This document shows positions 54,421-62,491 of a stretch of 64,000 nucleotides of DNA, piece after piece. Position 1 is the stretch's first letter; each line of letters opens with the position of its first letter. The notes under the pieces are model-generated. The model made no database searches. It was given only the letters and a program-made list of their open reading frames with translations, and had not been told where the DNA came from. The position numbers and the translations under genes are program-made. The stretch lies in the sequence record MZ475897.1; one strand, written 5' to 3'.

Positions 54421-54752
54421 TGCCTCGTGCTGTTAAAGAGCATGGGAATGTCGTTGATGTGTCCGAGATTGAGAAGTAGGTCTGTGTGTAGCAGGCGCAT
54501 CTCATCCGCGTTGCAAATGACAATGACTTCTTGCAGTGGGTCAATTAAGAATCGAGGCACCTCAAGCAATTCGACGGTCATGCCATCATCAAGCTCGTCA
54601 ACAAGGTGCGCACCCTCCATCCATGTTCTACCTTCAGCATCATCTTTCAAATGACCGATAAAGTATTCGTCATCCAGCTCTATCATCATTAGTGCTGTGT
54701 GATCAATTTCTAGATCATCAAATTCAAAATGAAAGTCATCGTCGTTGCACAT
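54417..54752 (-). CDS. Acidic hypothetical protein
   Basis: 111 aa; coupled to neighbours. Confidence 0.65.
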   Translation of the reverse strand: MCNDDDFHFEFDDLEIDHTALMMIELDDEYFIGHLKDDAEGRTWMEGAHLVDELDDGMTVELLEVPRFLIDPLQEVIVICNADEMRLLHTDLLLNLGHINDIPMLFNSTRH

Positions 54753-54754
54753 GG

Positions 54755-55345
54755 CTATGCCCTCAGGTCAACCAATATAGATCCGCTTAGGTCACGCAGC
54801 ATCTCTCGACCAAGAGGCGTGTACATGATTTGATGCACAGCAATACGTTCGAGGAACTGCTTGCTGGAATGTACATCGTGTCCTGTACGCTTTCGAACAA
54901 ACTCTATGATCGAGGGAGCAGGTTGAATGAGGAACGTCAGTATCTCCGCATCGTGGAGAACACTACCCATGTCAGTGATTGGCTTTAGCTCAGTCTCCTG
55001 ATCAAGGATATATCGGATAACGCGTTCCTCGTTACCAGTTTTAGGATTATGCTTAAAGAAGGCGCGAGCAGATTCAACCATAAGTTTGAAATCATACTCG
55101 TCATCCGCAGTAGGCATTCTGAGAAAGAGAGCAGCAAGCAACAAATTTATTTCCACCTGTGGACCACGTTCAATGTTGAGCATCGCGTGTGCGGTGAGCA
55201 CTACATCAAGCGCATAGTCACGGGTATACAGAGGATGAGAGGCTACTGTTCTGTCAAAATAGTCAAGGGCTGTGCGAAGTCCATGACGAGATAACAGGTG
55301 CTCTGCCTTAACACGAGCTAGGCGTTGCACCCTAGTCTTCTCCAC
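54755..55345 (-). CDS. HD-domain-like protein, apparently degenerate
   Basis: Helical layout HPLY..DYALDV / LLLAALFL / VIRYI..Q / VLHDAEIL mirrors HD proteins, but the HD dyad is not evident. Confidence 0.4.
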   Translation of the reverse strand: MEKTRVQRLARVKAEHLLSRHGLRTALDYFDRTVASHPLYTRDYALDVVLTAHAMLNIERGPQVEINLLLAALFLRMPTADDEYDFKLMVESARAFFKHNPKTGNEERVIRYILDQETELKPITDMGSVLHDAEILTFLIQPAPSIIEFVRKRTGHDVHSSKQFLERIAVHQIMYTPLGREMLRDLSGSILVDLRA

Positions 55346-56306
55346 CGATCTCTTTGAGGCTGTTCTTGATTGCTTTGCGCAGCGTCTTGCCTACGTCAAT
55401 GCCATCAACATGTTTTGCGAACACATGCGCAAACAGCGTCGTCGGATTTTTCATGATTGCTTTATCGAGGTCAGGACGACCCTCAGCGATTTGCATTTCG
55501 CCAGGCCACAGTTCAGCAACTGCCGAGCTATCGTTAACGGCGATAAGCTCAAGCTCGCGGACTGAGATAGAGTTCTGGCGTGCAATCGTTCGGAAGATGA
55601 GATCAACGAAAGGCAGGAGATCTTCTGACACAACGTTCTTGACGTCTTTGGCATCGCCAGCACGCTGGAAGTCTTCCATGAGATCTGTCAGGACTTTCTT
55701 GTCGATCTTATGCACGTTGCGCAGTTTGTTGAACAACACCATCCAGCGAACTTTACGCTTGGAACTAATCAGGTGCGTCCACACACTTTCGCCGAGAGCG
55801 ATCAGCAAACGATTATACACGTCAACTGAAACTGACTCACGGCTAACGAACACGGTCAGCTCATCATGCCACTCGTCTTTCTTAAACTTAGAACGGAACG
55901 AGTGTGTCTTGGAGCCTGACTGCTGGACAAAGTTGATGCGCTTGCAGCGGCGCAGTGCTTCATGCAGCTTGTACTTCTCGATCACTTTCGGGAGTCGCTT
56001 CACTCCCTTACGACACGCTTTGGCGCAATCGGTTTCACGACCGTAGAGCGCGAGAGAAGGAAGGCCAGACATTACAGCGAGGCTCGCGTAAGGTCGGACA
56101 GTAACTCCACAAACAGACATGCCGGGTTCCGGGTCTTTGCCCAGTACGGCAAGAACATCGCCTGCTTTAGGACTGAACTTAATTGATTCTGGGTCAGGAG
56201 TACCGAGTGTTGCAGCCAGAAGGCCGACGGTCTTGCCTGTCGCCAGAACCAAATGATTTTTGTTGCCTTGCCTAACGACAAGGTAATCTTGCTCACTATG
56301 TTTCAT
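55332..56306 (-). CDS. Hypothetical protein
   Basis: 324 aa; in the operon. Confidence 0.7.
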   Translation of the reverse strand: MKHSEQDYLVVRQGNKNHLVLATGKTVGLLAATLGTPDPESIKFSPKAGDVLAVLGKDPEPGMSVCGVTVRPYASLAVMSGLPSLALYGRETDCAKACRKGVKRLPKVIEKYKLHEALRRCKRINFVQQSGSKTHSFRSKFKKDEWHDELTVFVSRESVSVDVYNRLLIALGESVWTHLISSKRKVRWMVLFNKLRNVHKIDKKVLTDLMEDFQRAGDAKDVKNVVSEDLLPFVDLIFRTIARQNSISVRELELIAVNDSSAVAELWPGEMQIAEGRPDLDKAIMKNPTTLFAHVFAKHVDGIDVGKTLRKAIKNSLKEIGGED

Positions 56307-56317
56307 AACAACCCTAG

Positions 56318-56830
56318 TTAACGAGGAATGTAATCAGAGACGTTAGCTTCCTTAGCGTCTGCTGTACGGTGGCGAATCAGGCGGCTAGTTGTATCTGCTG
56401 GTGGGAAGCAGACAATAGGCTTGACGACCATGACTGTCAGTTGTTGCGGCCACATGTCGTGATCGATCATACGCGAGGCAATAATATGTGCGGCGCGTTC
56501 TGCATCTTCACGTAAATGGTCAAACTCCAACAGCAACACCTGAGGCTTCTGATCAATCTCGTTAACAGCATGATCAAGTTCCATCAGGTTCGTAGCAACA
56601 TAGCTTCGGCAAGGCAGCGTTCCAGAGTAATCACGCGGTCCGATATAGACAACGTTCTCTGGGTCAACATCATCGATTGCATTGCAGATGAAATCAGGGA
56701 CGAACTTGCCCAAGTCCCCTTCCAGTGCGACAAAAGACATATCAAAAGGATCGTGCCTCATAACGGTCATGACAGCACGTCCATAGCCAGACAGATAGTT
56801 CATCAGTCTGTATACGAGATCACTATGCAC
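56318..56830 (-). CDS. Hypothetical protein
   Basis: 170 aa; AGAGG RBS. Confidence 0.65.
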   Translation of the reverse strand: MHSDLVYRLMNYLSGYGRAVMTVMRHDPFDMSFVALEGDLGKFVPDFICNAIDDVDPENVVYIGPRDYSGTLPCRSYVATNLMELDHAVNEIDQKPQVLLLEFDHLREDAERAAHIIASRMIDHDMWPQQLTVMVVKPIVCFPPADTTSRLIRHRTADAKEANVSDYIPR

Positions 56831-56841
56831 GTTAACCTCTT

Positions 56842-56997
56842 TTAGAATGCGGGAGTGTAGGTGTATTTGCGCTTCTTCAACTTCGCTGCCGCGTGTTCAC
56901 GGTCTAAGTCGTCGAAGATACCTACCCGTCGGTGGTAACGAAATTTCGGATGAACGGAAATATGTTTGACGATAGCACTTACGGGTTCGGTAGGCAT
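56842..56997 (-). CDS. Small 51-aa basic protein not in the ORF track
   Basis: MPTEPVSAIVKHISVHPKFRYHRRVGIFDDLDREHAAAKLKKRKYTYTPAF; strong GAGGTGA RBS; fills the intergenic gap almost exactly. Confidence 0.65.
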   Translation of the reverse strand: MPTEPVSAIVKHISVHPKFRYHRRVGIFDDLDREHAAAKLKKRKYTYTPAF

Positions 56998-57008
56998 ATA
57001 TCACCTCG

Positions 57009-58025
57009 TTACTTGTACTGTCCCGTCACAACAAAGACGAGAGAATCAGGTTTCTTCCGCCCGTTAACAATGAGATACTTGAACGGACGTGTGGGTTCAA
57101 GCTGGCCTTCGACCACTTGAGTGATTGCAATATCTTTGACTTCACCAAAGGTCAGAGCGTTGTCCATCTGATCAAAGGAGAAGGCATTTGAAAGCGAAAC
57201 AGAGTTGTGAGACACTACCGTAATACCTTCAGGCTTCTTGGAGGCGCTACGCTTCGAGTCCAGCCACTTCTGCCAATCGAACATCGCATGGTTCATTGAA
57301 CGAGAGACGAGCGAACGGGGCACTTTCCCTTTCAACGATTTGCGAAACTCGGTGACAACCTCCGACACAGGAGGACCGGCGTTAACGCGACGACGATCTT
57401 TCAGAATCGTGCGCATCTTATCCGACCAGTAGTTGTAGGCATCAACCCGAATCTGAATGTATTCTTCAAGGCGCTGAGCCTGTTCGAGGGTACACTCAAT
57501 TTCGAACGTCACCTGACTTCCACGTTCTGTACCGTTGTGTTTGATAGCAGCTTTCTCTGCTTTCGTCTCGCTGATCAGTTTTTCTTTTACACACGCCGCC
57601 CATGCATATGCAAATGTGAGACGCATGTCAGGATAACGGTTCATCACCTGCACGCGTGTTTGAAGCAACAACGGAATGGCATAGCCCAGATGACAACGAC
57701 GATCAATAAAGGCAGAACGGAGTTCTCCAATATCTTTGTCCAGCTCGTTGAGGTCATTGAACAAATAACCCGAGTCACGGTACGACTGAGAAATGTGGTT
57801 ACCTTCACGAAGTACATCATCGATGGTCAAACCTTTTTCAACGATGCTGTTGTATGCTTCTTCCAAAGTAACATCAGGCCAAGTGCGATAACCTGTTTGG
57901 TCTAAAGTAAGATGACGGAAGCAATACAATTCATACATGTGCAAAAAGTCCGCGAATGGCAGACTTTTGGGATATACGAATTTTTTAATCACCTTCTTCG
58001 GTTTGATAACTGCTTTCTTGATCAT
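57009..58025 (-). CDS. Two-domain protein: unknown N-terminal half plus a TnpB-like WED/REC region without RuvC
   Basis: Residues ~171-338 are collinear with the TnpB N-terminal pattern (T.EQ...L, YN, SE..T..+K, V....+..S+, P, beta-rich WED strands); the stop falls where RuvC-I would begin. Confidence 0.5.
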   Translation of the reverse strand: MIKKAVIKPKKVIKKFVYPKSLPFADFLHMYELYCFRHLTLDQTGYRTWPDVTLEEAYNSIVEKGLTIDDVLREGNHISQSYRDSGYLFNDLNELDKDIGELRSAFIDRRCHLGYAIPLLLQTRVQVMNRYPDMRLTFAYAWAACVKEKLISETKAEKAAIKHNGTERGSQVTFEIECTLEQAQRLEEYIQIRVDAYNYWSDKMRTILKDRRRVNAGPPVSEVVTEFRKSLKGKVPRSLVSRSMNHAMFDWQKWLDSKRSASKKPEGITVVSHNSVSLSNAFSFDQMDNALTFGEVKDIAITQVVEGQLEPTRPFKYLIVNGRKKPDSLVFVVTGQYK

Positions 58026-59715
58026 TGCGTTCTCGCTGGAGTTTGGCGGCTATTTTGAGATATTCTCTATTTACAGTTTCTGGGTCTGTAGCGAACCCAC
58101 GCTTAGTGAACAGGTTACGGCGCACGCTACCCATGCTATATCCGTTATCCCAAAGTTTCATGAATACCAAACAGTTGTGTGTAGGCTCCATGAATGGTTT
58201 TTCTTTCAATGCGATCTCGCCTGAATATTTAGTCAGTAGAATCGCACCGTCAAATTCAGCACTGCACCACTCAGCCTCAGCCAAAATCTTCAACAGGTTA
58301 TAATTCTCCATCCCCTGAATCATGTGGCTGAGAACGCTGTACTGATCTTTTTTATACCTAGACACAGGCATTTTGTGAGAGCACTCGGAATCGTTCTTGA
58401 AGTAGTAACTACCTGATCGTGAGTAAGCACTCATACGAATGCGCTCACACAATTCAGATACCACCAGAGCGGCCGGTTTGAAAATCTCTTTCCACTTATC
58501 CCAAATACGATCGGCGTAACTGATAAGCTCACGCTCGTTCATATTACCTTTCTTAGCTGCATTCTGAACTTTTGTGTCCATGACCAGTTGACGGAAAATA
58601 TCCGTCATCATCGCACTTTGTTCCTCATTATCAGCACAGGTCTCAAAAGACTGTTTAAACCATTTCTGGTTGCTCCACCCACTGTATATGCCGCCGTAGT
58701 TCAACGTCTTGGCAGTACCGCGGGTGATGCGCAATTCTTTCGCGATCTGATCATGATTAAGAGTTTCAAGTTCAGGACAATCCAATCCGTACCTAGCCAT
58801 CAGGTCAAGCAGCAAAACTATCTGGGCGTTCGGCATATCAAAGTTGCGACCATAAGAGTGATCGAAACAGAGTAGCTTAACCACCTTAGGCAGAGCAGCC
58901 GCTGTACCAAACAAACGACTGCCAACATCGTTCATCGCGTAGCTGTCATAAAACTCCACCAGCCTGTCATTTGGATTGTCATTGACAAGGCGCAACCCGT
59001 TCTTACATATCCGTTTTAAGAAAGCATCGAGACGCATGTGAAGATTTTTCTTGCGATTGGTATGCGCATTCTTTTTGATATCAAGGAAACGATCAAGATA
59101 GAATCGGTACGGGCGTTGATTCGCCTGAGCCTTTTTAATCAGATCGATAACTTCGCTGTTTCTGACCTTGTGGAAGTTAAAGTTCCCAGGACGCACAAAA
59201 GGTTTAGCCTTTATAGGGACCTGAAGTGCCGCTTCAACCAAATCTTCTTCGTTCTCAAAGAGAGGCCTTCTGCGCAACGGTTTAAGGAGATTGTACATCG
59301 GCTCCTTAAACATAAACAGCTCCGATATTTCATCGGATAAAGCACGCGACAGGGAATACTTACGAGCGATCCCCTTAATGTAGTCGAATCGCGTTTTGTT
59401 CACCTTTCGGTTCAACCACAACTCCACGGAATACTCTTTGTGGTATATCATGGTGTAGCGCAATTTTTCATGAGCCAGCATGTACGTGTAGGTGACTAAG
59501 GTCTCGTTATACACGTTCGTTTTGTCTAAAACTCGGGACTTATCGATCAAATGGATGAAAAACCACGCCAAACTTTCGTAAAACTTATCCGATTTAGCCT
59601 TCGGAGGCTTAGGGCACGAATAAATCATGTCCCAGAAATACTTATGAAAGGATTTAGGTACCGCGCCCACCCATCCTGGGGGCACAGCTTTCTTCCCGTA
59701 CACGGGTTTGGCCAT
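57985..59715 (-). CDS. Divergent PolA-fold polymerase-like protein without a recognisable exonuclease domain
   Basis: 576 aa; GSRLFG, motif A-like FDMPNAQIVLL, motif B-like RGTAKTLNYGGIY, IQG.E, motif C-like EFDG, in PolA order. Confidence 0.6.
   Translation of the reverse strand: MAKPVYGKKAVPPGWVGAVPKSFHKYFWDMIYSCPKPPKAKSDKFYESLAWFFIHLIDKSRVLDKTNVYNETLVTYTYMLAHEKLRYTMIYHKEYSVELWLNRKVNKTRFDYIKGIARKYSLSRALSDEISELFMFKEPMYNLLKPLRRRPLFENEEDLVEAALQVPIKAKPFVRPGNFNFHKVRNSEVIDLIKKAQANQRPYRFYLDRFLDIKKNAHTNRKKNLHMRLDAFLKRICKNGLRLVNDNPNDRLVEFYDSYAMNDVGSRLFGTAAALPKVVKLLCFDHSYGRNFDMPNAQIVLLLDLMARYGLDCPELETLNHDQIAKELRITRGTAKTLNYGGIYSGWSNQKWFKQSFETCADNEEQSAMMTDIFRQLVMDTKVQNAAKKGNMNERELISYADRIWDKWKEIFKPAALVVSELCERIRMSAYSRSGSYYFKNDSECSHKMPVSRYKKDQYSVLSHMIQGMENYNLLKILAEAEWCSAEFDGAILLTKYSGEIALKEKPFMEPTHNCLVFMKLWDNGYSMGSVRRNLFTKRGFATDPETVNREYLKIAAKLQRERNDQESSYQTEEGD
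58068..58076 (-). promoter_or_regulatory. Motif A CTGTAAATA
   Basis: Exact motif 43 nt upstream of the TnpB-like gene start, inside the upstream CDS. Confidence 0.6.
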
Positions 59716-59749
59716 CTTGGAACCTCAAAAAGCTCGTTCTCTTGGCTGA

Positions 59750-59758
59750 TCTTTACAG
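59750..59758 (-). promoter_or_regulatory. Motif A variant CTGTAAAGA
   Basis: 35 nt upstream of the PolA-like gene start. Confidence 0.5.
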
Positions 59759-59759
59759 A

Positions 59760-60059
59760 ATCCTGCTTGTTCTACGGTCAGAGACTCAAATTGCATCATC
59801 GGATTAGATATGTCTATCTATCTCGGTACAGCTTCGGCATCTTATGCAGCATGAGCGCACTATATTCACAGAAAATAAGCGCCTCGCTCCGAAATCCCTA
59901 GCGCCTAGACGCACAACCCGAGCGAAGAACCATGCCTACGGTATCGAAAACGCGAATACCGCTTTAGCATGGTTATTTGGTGTCAATACGACGATCTTAT
60001 GATCTAAGCGCACTTTGAGACTATTCTTATTGCCGTAGGTCGATTCTGTAGGAAAGTGG
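59760..60059. other. Non-coding, hairpin-rich intergenic region
   Basis: About 300 nt with no ORF in the track; stems TAGATA/TATCTA (59805-20), TCGCTC/GAGCGA (59884-925), AACCATGC/GCATGGTT with inner CGGTAT/ATACCG (59928-74). Confidence 0.45.
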
Positions 60060-60719
60060 TTATTTTTTGCGCGAAATTTGCTGATTCAGCTTTTTGCCGA
60101 TCTGCGTCAAAACGCGCTCAACGGTCTCTCCGTCACGCTCTCCGATAGCCATAGCGAGCCTTTCGCCCTGTTCACGCGATAGCTCAGGCATAATCAGCTT
60201 GAGCATCTTTGATCGCGCCTTTGCAGACTTTGATTTGCCTTTTGATAGCGATTGCGTTTCCATTTCGGCAGCAACACGGCTCATTGTGCGCTGCACGCGA
60301 CGATCTGCGAATATATCACCGAAGATATTGCCAAACAGGTCCTGGAACGAGCGTCCGCCACCAAATATCTCATCCTTTGTGAAGCGCACTTCCTTTCCTA
60401 GCGCATTACGCTTAACGCTGTGCGTGCTTTCTACTTCGTTTTGGACGCGTGCACCTTCGATGAAGTTCTCATCAGGCCGCGATTTCTTACCTTCAGCACC
60501 AGGCTTAGTGACGCCGTTACGCAGCTCAGCACGCCCCTCAACAGCCGCATCCGGGTCAAACATGTCATCAGTGTTGACGCTCTGATTAGGGTCAAAGGGG
60601 ATTTTGTCTGTCAGCTTGTTTTCATCAGGCCACGAACGAGGAATATCAGACGCCGGTTGAGGGCTATTCGTCATATCGCCGTTCTTTTCGCTGTTCAGAC
60701 TCACATAAATCTTGGTCAT
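60060..60719 (-). CDS. Hypothetical, probably virion protein (MTKIYVSLNS N-terminus)
   Basis: 219 aa; AGGA RBS; co-transcribed with the neck-like gene. Confidence 0.6.
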   Translation of the reverse strand: MTKIYVSLNSEKNGDMTNSPQPASDIPRSWPDENKLTDKIPFDPNQSVNTDDMFDPDAAVEGRAELRNGVTKPGAEGKKSRPDENFIEGARVQNEVESTHSVKRNALGKEVRFTKDEIFGGGRSFQDLFGNIFGDIFADRRVQRTMSRVAAEMETQSLSKGKSKSAKARSKMLKLIMPELSREQGERLAMAIGERDGETVERVLTQIGKKLNQQISRKK

Positions 60720-60728
60720 TTGTTTCTC

Positions 60729-61835
60729 CTAGAGAATTTTAAAGCCCTTGAAAATGTTATACGCGTATTCTTTGCGTTGCACGGCACGGGTGGTGCACAC
60801 CCATTCCCATTGATCGTTCTTTGCTGTGCGCTTCTTCGGCGCTTCCATCACTTTCAGCACATAGTTTTTGAAAGGCAGAACCAGCAAATCTTCAGGCTCC
60901 AGCGGACCACAACGCGCAGGCAGAACAACACTCAGGTTACCTACAGTCAGTTCCTGATCGTAGTCCAGCACGTTTGCTTCTTCGCTGATATTGCCTTTAA
61001 CGTAAGGCACGCCCAGATCGAATATCATTGTGGCATGTGTGAAAGCCTCAACGCCGCCGATTCTGATCGTTACGTTCTTGCCACGAAACTTATCCAGCGT
61101 TTCCGCTTTCAACTCGACCGCTACGCCGTTCAACATCAGCATAGGACGTGGAAAAGCAGGAAGCACTTTCTCATTCAATCTGACCGAATAAGTCGCCTGC
61201 GTAAAGTATTTTGGAATAAGCTGATCGAACTCAACGAAGCCGTCTTTGCGTACCTGACGGAACGTTGAAGGGCTGGTGGACTGATCGTATGTGTAGCCTT
61301 CAATGCGTAGCGCATGGTGCTGCATCATAACGTTGTACACGAAGCCTGTGCTAATGAATCCAGGCACGATGCCTTGACGGAAGCACACAGCACAGTTGGC
61401 GTTGTTACCGCCATCCCATTTGACGCTCATCTCTTCTTCGGTGTCGCCCATGAGATCTGCTGCGCTCAACGTTGCGTTTTCACCTTCGTCGAGGTCATCA
61501 AGGCTAACCGTTTGACGGCCACCACCAAACATGCCTTTCGACACAGTGTTCAGCTTGACGTTACCCTGAGTGCCGAGGCTTGAACGGCCAACGCTTTTCA
61601 TTCCACCCAAGTTGGAATCAAAGTCATCGTTGACTGTTTTGTTGCAACTGCACGTCAGACCGAATTTTGCTTTCTTGAATATGATAATGTCCGTAGCATC
61701 GACGGCTAATGCCTGTTCTACCTTGGACTTGACCACTTCCTGAATGGAGTCGAGGCGCTGCTGCACTCGCTTTGTCTCGTAGGTCTTGTGGCGATCATAT
61801 TTATTACGGGGTTTGCCACGTTCAATCCAGCTCAT
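60729..61835 (-). CDS. Putative neck/head-closure protein with Cys cluster
   Basis: 368 aa; CSC...CAVCFRQGIVPGF and C-terminal LEPEDLLV...VLKV pattern resemble jumbo-phage head-completion proteins; function is inference. Confidence 0.4.
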   Translation of the reverse strand: MSWIERGKPRNKYDRHKTYETKRVQQRLDSIQEVVKSKVEQALAVDATDIIIFKKAKFGLTCSCNKTVNDDFDSNLGGMKSVGRSSLGTQGNVKLNTVSKGMFGGGRQTVSLDDLDEGENATLSAADLMGDTEEEMSVKWDGGNNANCAVCFRQGIVPGFISTGFVYNVMMQHHALRIEGYTYDQSTSPSTFRQVRKDGFVEFDQLIPKYFTQATYSVRLNEKVLPAFPRPMLMLNGVAVELKAETLDKFRGKNVTIRIGGVEAFTHATMIFDLGVPYVKGNISEEANVLDYDQELTVGNLSVVLPARCGPLEPEDLLVLPFKNYVLKVMEAPKKRTAKNDQWEWVCTTRAVQRKEYAYNIFKGFKIL

Positions 61836-61856
61836 ATTAATCTCCTTTGTTGCTCT

Positions 61857-61864
61857 GAAATTAT
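61857..61864 (-). promoter_or_regulatory. Motif B ATAATTTC
   Basis: 22 nt upstream of the 61835 start, in the divergent intergenic gap. Confidence 0.5.
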
Positions 61865-61933
61865 TGTGCTGTTTCCGTGCCTTTCACATCAAAAATATTT
61901 ATTTAGTAGCACAATGAAAATACGGAGTTTCAT

Positions 61934-62482
61934 ATGCGCGTTCTTTCAGGCGACCCGGGTAAGGTTAACTTCGCGCTGTCTGTCCAGGAGTTCAAGGACA
62001 AACGCATTACTGTTATAGGCACCCGCATGTTCCGCAGTCCTATTCAGAACCTGCATTACGATATGCGTCAGCCCACAAAAGAGTTTCTTGCCGAGCTTGA
62101 GCTAATATGGAAACTCTACGGACCGTTCGATGCCATGTGCTTTGAGCGCTTCCAGTCGCGTGGTCTTGGAGGCAACACCATTGAAGCTATCAGCCTCATG
62201 CTCGGTGTCATATCGTTCTTTGCGTTGAAGAAGAAATGCCCTCTTGATTTAATCACTGCTAGTCAGTGGAAAAATGCTTTCAACCGCAGCATGGACCTTA
62301 AAGGCTATTATGCGGAATACAATCTGACGTCAAAGAAAAGCCAAAAAGCAATTCATGAATTTGATGCGAGCCTCATTGGCGTCTATACCTTTTATCGTCA
62401 TTCAGAAATCAAACCGTTTGCAGGCTTCAATCGTATCATCGATGCGTATGTTCCACGATTCCTGGAAGCACCTGTTCTTTGA
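61934..62482 (+). CDS. ruvC: RuvC-like Holliday junction resolvase
   Basis: 182 aa; VLSGDPG (Asp), CFERFQ (Glu), ASQWK, HEFDA (Asp). Confidence 0.8.
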   Translation: MRVLSGDPGKVNFALSVQEFKDKRITVIGTRMFRSPIQNLHYDMRQPTKEFLAELELIWKLYGPFDAMCFERFQSRGLGGNTIEAISLMLGVISFFALKKKCPLDLITASQWKNAFNRSMDLKGYYAEYNLTSKKSQKAIHEFDASLIGVYTFYRHSEIKPFAGFNRIIDAYVPRFLEAPVL

Positions 62483-62491
62483 GGAAATGAA

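Noticed and set aside
57009-58025. An active IS200/IS605 mobile element
   Set aside because: No RuvC nuclease domain, no TnpA and no recognisable element ends; the gene uses the phage motif A promoter
694-61268. Numerous overlapping or antisense ORFs in the track (e.g. 938..1447, 18541..19125, 23166..23927, 25084..25989, 29281..30180, 55354..56046, 60420..61268)
   Set aside because: They shadow longer motif-bearing genes, show no recognisable motifs, and break the otherwise consistent operon structure
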